This document shows, one piece after another, positions 42,623 to 54,941 of a DNA stretch of 64,000 bases; the first letter of the stretch is position 1; each line of letters begins with the position of its first letter. The DNA is taken from the NCBI GenBank assembly GCA_964016885.1, contig OZ024740.1, forward strand, positions 221,092,001 to 221,156,000, read 5' to 3'. The DNA comes from Eledone cirrhosa. Taxonomy: Eukaryota. The notes below the pieces were generated by a model, which saw only the letters and a list, made by a program, of their open reading frames with translations, searched no databases and was not told the DNA's origin. A program made the position numbers and the translations under genes.

Positions 42623-45225
42623 TTATCTCTTTCTCTTAATTTCGAGTATATTTTTTTTGACCGGCCACCTTCCTGGTGGCAAGGTTGTAAAAGAAAAGAA
42701 ATTGTCATCCCTTGAATCGCAAGAATGTTTTGCAAATTTTGAAGGTGCCAGCTATCGCAGCCATTTGTAGACTATGAATTAGGGAGCTGCCCTCTTTGTC
42801 CGCAAATCCAAGTTCAGTCATACTTTGGTCCAAGCGGATTGGTATATAACCCGTAGCTCCAATAATGATGGGTATGAAGCTAAAGGTGTATCTTGGGTAC
42901 TGGATTTGTAAACTCCTCATCAATGGTCCGTAGATGTCCTCCTCCTGTATTTTTCTGACAACGTTTACATCAAGTGGGCAGCTGATCTCCACAACAGAAC
43001 ACGTTTTCAAATTGTGGTCCCAAACAACAATATCAGACCGGTTGTGCTTTAATTTGGTGGCAGTTTTTATTTTCAGGTTCCACCAGTATTCCTTAGTGCC
43101 ATCTGTCTCAATATATTCTTCCTCGTTTGTTGTTAATTTTGTTTTCCGAAGTGCGTTCCAGATGGTTCTAGCTATCCCATCGTGTCTCATGGGGAGGTAG
43201 TAACGAGATGACATTCTTTCGCAGCTGGCAACAATTTGGCTTACATCCCCGATCTTTGTTTTACATAGCCTCCATTTATTGTCAGCTGATATTTGGTAGG
43301 GAGTTCTTGTTCCTGTATTGCATAGAGATATCCCTCAAGGTGTGATGTCATAAACTTGTCGGAACTCCATGCCAGGCTTTTTTAGTGGTTTATCCCCTCT
43401 ATGGTCTGTGTTTTACGTCTCAAGTATCCGTGCACAACTTTTTCTGTAAATTGGTCAATTTTTTCATCTTGTTTGAACATTGAATAGGATCTTCCGATTT
43501 CTCTGGGTGAGAGATTTATATCAGGCTTTATTCCATATCTCTCCTCCAGATCAGTGGTTATTCTAATGATATATTTTTTTCATACTCATAAACCTGGGCA
43601 AGATGGTTGCCAATTTTTCTTCTGTTGAAGATGTTGCTTCAGTGTTACTATCCGGGTCTCATATGTTGTTAATATTGATTTTAGACCCCGGCTACCTTCC
43701 TTGCATGAGAAGTATAGCCTATCCACATCACCATTGATGATAGAGTTCCCAGTAACACTGAGAAGTTTGCGAGTTCTAACATCCATCTCACTTAGTTCTT
43801 GCAATGACCAGTTCAGCAGGCCAAATGTTGGCGTTAGAATTGGCACAGCATAAGTATTGTGGGCAATGTATTTGTTGTACGCTGACAGTTCTGATGACCA
43901 TATTTTCTTTACTCTTCTGAGGTATTCAGTTCTGGTTCTCTCCTTATTTATGGGTCCATCATATCTGACATTCTCATCCTGTCCAAGATATCTGTAGTTG
44001 TCACCTGACTGTAGAGGTTGTATTGTCAGGCCGTTCATCTCTAGATTTCTAGAGGAGGGCACAGCTCTTCCACGTTTTACTGCCAAATATGCACACTTGG
44101 ACTCACCAAATTTCATTTTGATGTCTGTTGAAAATTGTGTAATGAGGTCCAATTTTTTCTTGATGTCATTGATATTTGGCCCATACAACTTCAGGTCATC
44201 AACAAAGAAAATATGGGAGATACTTCTGGACCCACTTCTTTGTCCACCTTGTTTCCTGAGTAGGTAAGATAGTGGATTTAGTGAGAGAACGAAGAGTAGC
44301 ACTGACAAGCTATCACCCTGAAAGATGCCCTTCTGGTAATGTATCTTATTAATCTTAACTTGCTCCTTCTCACCGCTAAGGATCAAATTGGTGTACCAGT
44401 TCTTGGTCAGACGTTCAACAGCAGCTACCAATGGTTGTGGGACTTTGGCTAACTGAAAAGCATTAACAATCCACCCATGAGGTACACTATCAAATGCTTT
44501 TTGATAGTCCAGCCACACCACAGTCATGTTTCTGCGATTCTTTGTTGTTTTTTCTTGAATCATTTTGTTAGTTAGTAGGTGATCTATGCAACTCCACACC
44601 TCCCTCTTTCCACCAGCTTGCTCAGGTGTTATGATGTTGTTGGTAGCACAGTGATCCTGTAAGAACAGGTTAAGGCACCCAGTATATAATTTATACATGA
44701 TGTTTTGGCAGGCTATTGGTCGGTAATTTTTAGCAAGGGTGGTTTGGCTATTTTGGGGAATGAGGAGAGTAGTGGCAGTTGATAACCATCTGGGCAGTTC
44801 TTGCGTGCCTTTAATGGTTTCTGTAAACAACCGTATGAGATCTTGCCGATAGAAAGTGAAATTCTTCAACCAGTATCCTGTAATGAGGTCTGGGCCTGGT
44901 GATTTCTTATTCGACATTTTCTGTAGAGCTGTTTCCAGTATTGTCCCATCTATGTCATATTGTTTTGTCTGGACATGTTGGCAGTAGTCCTGTTCCAGTT
45001 CTTGTATCCAATTAGTTTGTCTGTTGAATCCGTCATCGGTTTCCCATACAGGTCTCCAGTAGCTCTCAACCTGTTCTTTTGAAGGGGTGTCGTTTACAGG
45101 GATTGAGCTTTTGCCACCGAAGCTGCGATAAACTGATTTAGGATCTCTGGCAAACAATCTATTTAGCACTTGTCGTTTATGTGCTGTTGACATATATTTT
45201 AGTCTTTCTGTTGTAGCTGTGAGTT
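42623..45225 (-). mobile_element. R4/Dong-like non-LTR retrotransposon (RT + CCHC + restriction-like endonuclease), 5'-truncated and frameshifted
   Basis: KSPGPDLI, NYRPIAC, WLDYQKAFDSVPH, GIFQGDSLS, HIFFVDDLKLY, YRYLG; then RHD, KHNRSDIVVWD, VVEISCP, IPIIIGATG. Confidence 0.92.
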
Positions 45226-45292
45226 GTATGTATGTATGTATGTATGTATGTATGTATGTATGTATGTATGTATGTATGTATGTGTGTGTGTA

Positions 45293-45990
45293 GCTGGGAA
45301 TCACTTGCCCTGGCGAAGCAAAATCTTTGAGGGAGCATGTGTAGCTGAATCAGATACATATCAGAACCACAGGGGAAGCACTTACCCACATTGGCTGTGG
45401 TCCACACAGCTTTCAAGCCGTAGTAGTTGTTGACTCTGAAGGATGAAATATATGTATATACATACTATTCCCTTACTGCTATCCTCTTTCTCTCTCCCCT
45501 TTCTCTCTCCTTGTACCTCTTACTTTCATTCACCCCCCTCTGCTGGTCACCCTCTCTCGGCTGGCCTCTTCCTCACACTTTCACTCACTCACTCTCTGCT
45601 ATTCCCCCTCTCTTACTTCCTCCCGCCTGACCTGTGTGAAATCCTTTTCTCTCTCACATTTCGCAGGGTTCGAACGCGTCCTTCGTCTTCTCGTCAATGA
45701 TTTGCTAGAACTTAAGTTCACATGTATCACTGACTTGTTTTCTCATTTTCCTCTCTTTACGTTGCCTCACCATTTTTGTTTATTTACATGCCTCTCTTTC
45801 TCCACCCAATTCTTTTTATCCCAATAACTTATTTTAGTTATTGTTCGCGCTGGCCTGAGGTATCTGGTCTTTAATGCGAAGAAATACCTATGATGGCCAG
45901 AAGATCACTGATGACAGATAGTCCTGGTTTCTTGCTCTATTTTTTAATTCATATGTATCAGTGGGTTATGGTGTCCAAATTATTCTTATA
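45293..45990 (+). mobile_element. Probable decayed Penelope-like 3' end (GIY-YIG remnant + pyrimidine-rich UTR)
   Basis: ITCPG..EAKSLREHV*LNQIHIR..HIGCG remnant; last ~30 bp repeated inverted at 46362-46392. Confidence 0.4.
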
Positions 45991-46181
45991 TATATATATT
46001 CATAATCTTGAGGTTGTGAGTTCGATTCCTGGACCGGGTGATGCGTTATGTCCTTGAGCAAGGCACTTTATTTCACGTTGCTCCTTCTACCTGGAGTTGC
46101 GACCGATAGATAGTATTAGCAACTGGAAAGACCAACGGAAACATTGTTTCCTCGGTCCGATTTGACGAAAGTCGATCGTTC

Positions 46182-46366
<185 letters not shown>

Positions 46367-47530
46367 CATAATTTGGACACCATAACCCACTGGAGTAGGG
46401 ATTTGTTCCGCGAGACATATGCAGGAGTATGTGATTTATTTGGAATTTCTTGAAGGAATTTGTTCCATTAAAAGGCCCATTAAAAAATGATGGAATCCTT
46501 TACTTTATCTTTTCAGTACGTTATTAAAGAGAGCACCTGCTGAAACTCCTGAAGTACCTGTACTTTGGGAGGAAATACCTGGAATTATTCAAGTATGTTA
46601 GATTTTACATTTAGAGACAAAAGTAGTGTGAACCAGATAATTTTGCTGGGTCTATTCCTAGATCTATTTTGTGGGGAGGTGTTTGCTATATGTCTTATCT
46701 TTGCAGCCACTATCTAGGCTAACATAATAATTTTTTCTTCTTTTGGCACATGGCCAGCAATTATCCCAGTGGATTACTCGTAATTTATTATATCACCCCC
46801 GTAAGGCAAAGTTAACCTCGGCAGGATTTGAGCTCAGACCGTAAAGGGGCGTAACTCTTTGCTACAAAGCAAGACGTCCGACCTTCTACCGATACTGCCA
46901 ATCTACCAATATAATAATTGTTTCTACTTTTGGCACAATGTAATAATATTATTATAATAGGGGACTGTCTTATCAAATATTTTCTTAGAGGATAATATTT
47001 TGTATAGCAATAAGTGTACCAAAATATCATAGATAGTAACTTTTGAGACTTTCTGTGTATATATTTACATATGATTCGTAAACACCAAAGTTCATTGCAA
47101 CCAAAGCTAACAATCTTACGTAAGTGCAAATGACAATATGACTAACAAAAAGCTTGGACTCAAGCAAGATTGTTAAATCATGAAATATTTAGCTGCAATA
47201 AATTCTCGTGTGTACGAACCAAATTGAATTAACTTTTTTGTATAGAGCACTTTCTTTTTGTTGATATGTTCACTACACACAGACGCACATACACATAATA
47301 CATATACACACACATACACACACACATATATATACACATATATTTATATTATAAAGAGTCGGAATCGGACGGCTGAGCTCTTTCCGTTTCAACAGCTAAC
47401 AGTAACATCTTCGAAAGGGGATGGAAATTATCAAGTGGCTAGCGGTCAAGATAGAAGTGTTGTGAAGGGTAGACTGGTGGCAAGTAAGTTCATTACTAGA
47501 AGAGGCAGTTAGTTACCGCCAAACCGAGGG

Positions 47531-47593
47531 AGTCTCTTGATAAGCTTGAGACATTTTCTCAAAGTGCAAGCGAAACTGTCGACAGTCGCGACT
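47531..47593 (+). ncRNA. Type I hammerhead ribozyme motif, U3-A8 core variant
   Basis: agtctc-TTGATAA-gcttg(18 nt)caagc-GAAA-ctgtcgacag-TC-gcgact; palindromic stem III; GUC site. Confidence 0.8.
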
Positions 47594-48241
47594 AGAGGAA
47601 TTTTGGTAACATTTATCTATTATTTCTTCAAAATTACATTTTAAACTTAGCTTCGTTTAATTGATTATTTATTTAGTTAATTGCTACAGACTAAGAAGAA
47701 AAATTAGGTAAATTTTATCTGATTGTTCTTCAAACCTATATATATATATATATATATATATGTAAATATGATAATAATGGAGCTGCGGCGTTGCAAATGG
47801 GATACATATGAAAAAGTGAGTCCTTCATCAGTGACCCTCCAACCGTCCTGGGCATTTCATCGCTTTAAGGGCCATATGCCTCGGGTTGGTGCGAACAACG
47901 GCTAAAAAAAGTCGTTGGGACACGTAAATAAAGGGGGACGCCAGAGTAACAACAAAAAAGTTTTAGCAACGGAAACTGAGTAGAAATAGACAAGTCCCAG
48001 ATCTCTATGAATATAAACTCTGTGAAATCGTGAACAAGAGACAAAAGACCATCAAACCTGGTTGAAATGTGAGCAAGGAAAGAATTTCGCCCAAGTTTGA
48101 CGGGGGGGGGGGGAGAGAAAAATGAGAGAAGAAGAAGAAGAAGAAGAAGAAGAAGAAGAAGAAGAAGAAGAAGAAGAAGAAGAAGATAAAGGGGTCTGTT
48201 CTACGAATTCAGTAAACGTAAGTTTTGTGAAGTCGCAGACG

Positions 48242-48280
<39 letters not shown>

Positions 48281-48305
48281 TACACACATATATATAATAT
48301 ATATA

Positions 48306-48365
<60 letters not shown>

Positions 48366-48392
48366 TACACACATATATATAATATATATATA

Positions 48393-48440
<48 letters not shown>

Positions 48441-48671
48441 GAAACACACAGATACATGCGGACACACACATATATACATGAATGCATCCGCACCCAACTG
48501 TGAGTTAAGGGTGCCAACATCACCGATGTTGCTCAATGAATGACTGGGACAGACCAATTCAGTTTGAACCAGACTGAACCAGTATCAGAGTTAAAAATAC
48601 ATTATGAAGAGAGAAGAAACATTTAGATATAATTAGTAATAAAATGTATCATACCTAAACTGCTCCTAAAT

Positions 48672-48759
48672 TCCTCGACTACGTAGTTTCGTGGCATAAA
48701 CAAAAACAATATATCAAAGATATAGAGTCCTTGCGAGGTCTGCCAACTTATCAAGAGGA
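48672..48759 (-). ncRNA. Hammerhead ribozyme, inverted copy
   Basis: Reverse complement of 49279-49366. Confidence 0.85.
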
Positions 48760-49278
48760 TACCTCATTTTACTGAATTTAGGAGCAGTTTAGGTATGATA
48801 CATTTTATTACTAATTATATCTAAATGTTTCTTCTCTCTTCATAATGTATTTTTAACTCTGATACTGGTTCAGTCTGGTTCAAACTGAATTGGTCTGTCC
48901 CAGTCATTCATTGAGCAACATCGGTGATGTTGGCACCCTTAACTCACAGTTGGGTGCGGATGCATTCATGTATATATGTGTGTGTCCGCATGTATCTGTG
49001 TGTTTCTAAATATATTAATAACTCCCTCTGGTCGAGCAATCTTTGAAGTGTGGGGACAACTGGAAAGCTTCCATTACTCATACTTCTCGCCTTCTTCACT
49101 ACCTCTTCTACGGCCTCGATATGAATACCCCCTCCGCCTCCGTGGTATTTTCTTCGTGGTTATAAGAGGCTTAGCTCTGTTTCTCGACCGTTATATCGCG
49201 TGACTATCTCCCCCTCCGCCTTTTGGGATTCTTTCTCACGTCGTGTAGACGCGTTCTTGAGACTAGTAAAATGAGGTA

Positions 49279-49366
49279 TCCTCTTGATAAGTTGGCAGAC
49301 CTCGCAAGGACTCTATATCTTTGATATATTGTTTTTGTTTATGCCACGAAACTACGTAGTCGAGGA
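49279..49366 (+). ncRNA. Type I hammerhead ribozyme (U3-A8 variant, long stem-II insert), copy 1
   Basis: tcctc-TTGATAA-gttggca(44 nt)tgccac-GAAA-ctacgtag-TC-gagga. Confidence 0.85.
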
Positions 49367-49869
49367 ATTTAGGAGCAGTTTAGGTATGATACATTTTATT
49401 ACTAATTATATCTAAATGTTTCTTCTCTCTTCATAATGTATTTTTAACTCTGATACTGGTTCAGTCTGGTTCAAACTGAATTGGTCTGTCCCAGTCATTC
49501 ATTGAGCAACATCGGTGATGTTGGCACCCTTAACTCACAGTTGGGTGCGGATGCATTCATGTATATATGTGTGTGTCCGCATGTATCTGTGTGTTTCTAA
49601 ATATATTAATAACTCCCTCTGGTCGAGCAATCTTTGAAGTGTGGGGACAACTGGAAAGCTTCCATTACTCATACTTCTCGCCTTCTTCACTACCTCTTCT
49701 ACGGCCTCGATATGAATACCCCCTCCGCCTCCGTGGTATTTTCTTCGTGGTTATAAGAGGCTTAGCTCTGTTTCTCGACCGTTATATCGCGTGACTATCT
49801 CCCCCTCCGCCTTTTGGGATTCTTTCTCACGTCGTGTAGACGCGTTCTTGAGACTAGTAAAATGAGGTA

Positions 49870-49957
49870 TCCTCTTGATAAGTTGGCAGACCTCGCAAGG
49901 ACTCTATATCTTTGATATATTGTTTTTGTTTATGCCACGAAACTACGTAGTCGAGGA
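49870..49957 (+). ncRNA. Hammerhead ribozyme, copy 2
   Basis: Same as 49279-49366. Confidence 0.85.
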
Positions 49958-50460
49958 ATTTAGGAGCAGTTTAGGTATGATACATTTTATTACTAATTAT
50001 ATCTAAATGTTTCTTCTCTCTTCATAATGTATTTTTAACTCTGATACTGGTTCAGTCTGGTTCAAACTGAATTGGTCTGTCCCAGTCATTCATTGAGCAA
50101 CATCGGTGATGTTGGCACCCTTAACTCACAGTTGGGTGCGGATGCATTCATGTATATATGTGTGTGTCCGCATGTATCTGTGTGTTTCTAAATATATTAA
50201 TAACTCCCTCTGGTCGAGCAATCTTTGAAGTGTGGGGACAACTGGAAAGCTTCCATTACTCATACTTCTCGCCTTCTTCACTACCTCTTCTACGGCCTCG
50301 ATATGAATACCCCCTCCGCCTCCGTGGTATTTTCTTCGTGGTTATAAGAGGCTTAGCTCTGTTTCTCGACCGTTATATCGCGTGACTATCTCCCCCTCCG
50401 CCTTTTGGGATTCTTTCTCACGTCGTGTAGACGCGTTCTTGAGACTAGTAAAATGAGGTA

Positions 50461-50548
50461 TCCTCTTGATAAGTTGGCAGACCTCGCAAGGACTCTATAT
50501 CTTTGATATATTGTTTTTGTTTATGCCACGAAACTACGTAGTCGAGGA
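50461..50548 (+). ncRNA. Hammerhead ribozyme, copy 3
   Basis: Same as 49279-49366. Confidence 0.85.
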
Positions 50549-50617
50549 ATTTAGGAGCAGTTTAGGTATGATACATTTTATTACTAATTATATCTAAATG
50601 TTTCTTCTCTCTTCATA

Positions 50618-50695
<78 letters not shown>

Positions 50696-50698
<3 letters not shown>

Positions 50699-51205
50699 TC
50701 TTAGTTCCTCCAGTCCCTTGTGGAACATTGGGCGACGAGCTTCCTCCACTTGATCCTGTCACTGGCGGCCCTTCTAGCACCTCTCCAGGTAATTCCCATC
50801 TCCCGCAGGTCCTCCCTGAATGTGCTCCGCCATGTTTTTCGTGGTCTTCCCCGTTCTCTCCTGCCACCTTCTGGTACCCAATCCATGGCAATATGAGCAG
50901 GTCGATCTGCCGGCAAACGAAGGATGTGGCCCGCGAACCGCCGTCTCCTTTTCCGGACAATGTCCCTTAACCTCTCCAATCCTGACCTCCTCATCACTTC
51001 CTCGTTGATAACTTGGTCTCTCCATGAAATTTTCAATATGGTCCGAATGCAACAACGGTGGAATACATCAAGCTTGTTACATACACTTTCCGTACTCTTC
51101 CATGTCTCACAGACATATATCGCTGTTCGTACTACAATGGACATGTAAACACGGAATTTGACTGCGTTGCCGATGGAACACCTGGACCATACCGGACGGA
51201 GTCTT
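50696..51205 (-). mobile_element. RTE-clade LINE 3' fragment (different family)
   Basis: AIYVCETW...KLDVFHRCCIRTILKISWRDQVINEEV...RRRRFAGHILR...RGRPRKTWR. Confidence 0.9.
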
Positions 51206-51213
51206 TATATTTA

Positions 51214-51293
<80 letters not shown>

Positions 51294-51313
51294 TATATGT
51301 GTGTGTGTGTAAG

Positions 51314-51395
<82 letters not shown>

Positions 51396-51408
51396 CATGC
51401 AAATATAT

Positions 51409-51480
<72 letters not shown>

Positions 51481-52975
51481 CTTCTTTGGCTCCATGTTTT
51501 AGACAAGGAAATCATCGCTCACTGCCGGAAAACCCTCCTCTTCAACGACGGAGTAGCCTGGGAAAAGAAGTCAACCATTTCAGAACTATTCGACGTCTCC
51601 ATGAGATCGTTTGACAGTGCTGACGTATGCACTTGGTTGGCCTATTTAATTTAGACATATTACGTGTTAGATTCCCGGACTTCCACACGGGAAAATACCG
51701 CGACGATGGCCTGACCTTATCGAGCCATAAAAGTGGTCACGACCTCGACCGGTTTAAAAAAGACTTAATTTCTACCTTTAACGAGTTAGGACTTAGGATA
51801 ACAGCAGCTACCAACCTCTCTAGCGTAGATTTCTTAGACATTAATTTAGACCTTCGCACACACACCTACAGACCCTTCCATAAGCTTAACAGGACTCATG
51901 CCACCCGCCCACTGTCTTTAGAAACTTCGCAAATAATATCAGTACTAGAATCTCTAACCTCTCCTCTAATAAGGCTATCTTTGACAGAGCGGCACCCTAC
52001 TATAACACGGCGTTAGCTAACAGCGGCTTCTCGCAACCTATCACTTACTCTACCACTAACAACAATAGCAATAAGAAAAGAAAACGTAACAATAGACAAA
52101 ATATCTGGTTCTCTCCTCCCTTCTCACTCAATGTTAAAAATAATGTAGGAAAATTTTTTTAGCTTTCTTAGATAGACACTTTCCCATAGGTCACAAATAC
52201 CGCCCCATCTTTAACAGACACAAAGTAAAACTAGGGTATTCCTGCGCTAAGAATATGAAGGCCCACATCACCAACAGCCATAAGAGCAACACCCCACCAG
52301 GGTGCTCTTACCGAAAGCCTGAAGCTTGTCCCTTCAACAGCAATGCAACACACCCGCTGTAGTTTATGAAGCTGTGGTCACTTCCAACCGACCAAATCAA
52401 CCACATGGGGTATGGCGGAGGGTCGATTTAAGGAACGCTCCCTGAACTACCAGTCGACCTTTAGGTACTCGGAAAAACGATCATCTACGAAACTCGTGAG
52501 CCACGTATGGTCCCTCAAGGACTCAAGTATAGACTACTCCATGCAATGGAAAGCCATCACTAAGTCCAAGCCATACGCAAGGGGCAATCCGTCTTGTGGA
52601 CTATGTATTGATGAACGGATAAATATTCTAAAGAGATTACGCAATAGCGATTGCCTAAACTCAAGAAATGAAATCTTTACACGTTGTCCACATGTCTGGA
52701 AACACCTCTTACATAACTACAAAGCTCCAGATTGAATAACAACAACATCCTAATTTTCTTGTCAACTAGAACCTTTCGGACTTTCGCACTTATCTCCTTT
52801 ACACCTCTCGCCCGCAGTTTTGTATTGCCTGGGTGAAGTGACCGTTTCTGCGCATGCGCGTTCATACGGTTGTCCTTCCTGTTCCGTATAACCATGACCA
52901 TTACGAGCTGAGGATCCGCTAAAGTGAAACAATTGTTCTCGGTATGGTGAACTAAATGTTGTGTTACCACGTCTC
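51481..52975 (+). mobile_element. Penelope-like element 3' half (RT YRDD + GIY-YIG), frameshifted
   Basis: GKYRDDGL, VDFLDINLDL..YRPF, IWFSPPFS, VVYEA..GMAEGRFKER, CGLCIDE..LNSRNEIF.RCPH. Confidence 0.88.
52904..52941 (+). ncRNA. Minimal hammerhead motif in the Penelope 3' UTR (weak stem II)
   Basis: cgag-CTGAGGA-tccgctaaagt-GAAA-caattg-TT-ctcg. Confidence 0.6.
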
Positions 52976-52977
52976 GC

Positions 52978-53074
<97 letters not shown>

Positions 53075-53487
53075 AAAAAGTATGACCCCGACGGCAGAGC
53101 TCAATATATATATATATATATATAGTAATAATAATAAATTTGAAGACTAAAATCCAAAGAGGGCTCGATAAGGATAAATATATATCAAATATATAAGAAC
53201 ATATACACACAATACTCTTACTCTTAGTCTATTAATATTTCTCCGTTATTTTCCAGACCTGTATTTCATTACGGTTGAGTATTTATTTCTCATTTTTATT
53301 TAACTCTGTGCCATATTAATTCGATAAGTTCAGAAGATCGAAATAGTCTGCAGTTTGTCACTAATCATTAAATTTATAAATAAACATTTATTCTCGACGA
53401 TGTTAACGTCATTATTCTACTACTGTATATAAATACTTGCTGTTCAAACACACACACACACACATATATATATGTGTGTGTGTATAT

Positions 53488-53552
<65 letters not shown>

Positions 53553-54000
53553 TCATTATCTATAAAAGTTATCTATAAAAGGCAGATTTTTGTGTCTGTA
53601 TGTATGTTTCAATTTTATACATTTACACAATTCCAAAAATATTGAATGAATAATTAAGCAGAATGTTTACAAATATTCTAACTTGGGTCATGGGCGATCT
53701 TATTGGCTAAAAAATGCCACAATTACGGAAAAATCGATTTATTTCAACAATCGATGATTTCTCCTCTCTCATATGATATACGTTTCCTATATCTACTCCC
53801 ATTCATCACCTCCCCTTAAAATTGCTACCTTCTCTTATAAGTGTTTGTGAAAAAGAGAAACATTGAAAAAAACATATACACACATATATGTGGGTGCATA
53901 CACACACATATATGTTGGTATGGTTACGATTGACGTCATAGAAACAGGAACGCGGGAATTTCAATCAATCAACGCATACACAGTTTGTTTTAGAAATAAC

Positions 54001-54181
54001 TGTTTCTACTTTAGGCACAAGGCCAGCAATTAACCAGTGCATTACTGGTACTTTATTTTATCGACCCTGTAAGGATGAAAGGCAAAGTCAACCTCGGCGG
54101 GATTTGAACTCAGATCATAAAGGGACGTAACTATGCTGGAAAGCATGGCGTCCGACCCTCTACCGATACTGCCAATCCACC
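54001..54181 (-). mobile_element. Deu/Nin-type SINE nested in the Helitron
   Basis: Perfect 18-bp TSD gtttgttttagaaataac (53983-54000 and 54182-54199). Confidence 0.92.
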
Positions 54182-54454
54182 GTTTGTTTTAGAAATAACA
54201 ATAGCATATAATGATAAAGAGATCGGCCTTACACTTTCAAACTAAATTTTTCTGTATAAGTTTAACCCTTTATTTTCGACATAAAAATACACACATACAT
54301 ACAAATACCTGTACATTTTTTGGGGGGGCCTTTCTTATCAATCTTTTTACATTCAATTATCAGCCTTATACTTTCAAAGTCAATTTTTATGTTGAAGTAA
54401 CTTTCAACCTTTAATACATACATACATACATACATACATACATACATACATACA

Positions 54455-54486
<32 letters not shown>

Positions 54487-54941
54487 CACACATACATACA
54501 AATACCTGTCACTTAATTTACACACACATCGGCCTTACACTTTCATACACACATACATACATATACACACATACATACAAATACCTGTCATTTAATTTAC
54601 ACACACATCGGCCTTACACTTTCAAACTATATTTTTCTGTAGAAGTAACTTTAACCCTTTCTTTTCGACATTAAAATACACACATACAAATACCTGTACA
54701 TTTTTTTTGGGGGGGGGGGGGGGGGGGGCTTTCTTATCAATCTTTTTACATTCAATTATCAGCCTTATACTTTCAAAGTCAATTTTTATGTTGAAGTAAC
54801 TTTCACCCTTTATTTTTCGATACCCATTTACTTACTAACATTTGTATCACAACAACAATAACAATATTCATAAATAGACAGTAGACTTTCAAAGTCAATT
54901 TTTCTGTAGAAGTAACTTTCACCCTTTCTTTTGGACATAAA

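Larger units (their letters stand above)
48437..50622. repeat. 591-bp hammerhead-containing tandem array (3.1 forward units from 48774) preceded by an inverted partial unit; retrozyme or Penelope-pLTR-like
   Basis: Unit starts gaatttaggagcag at 48774, 49365, 49956 and 50547; inverted copy 48437-48773; identical 75-aa ORF every 591 bp. Confidence 0.95.

Noticed and set aside
45850-45935. Hammerhead-like pieces (ctgaggt...gaaa; ctgatga)
   Set aside because: Cannot assemble a core with a correctly placed GAAA and NUH; at best a dead relic
48976-49203. 75-aa ORF repeated three times
   Set aside because: No recognisable domain; starts in a TG repeat; recurs only because of the tandem array
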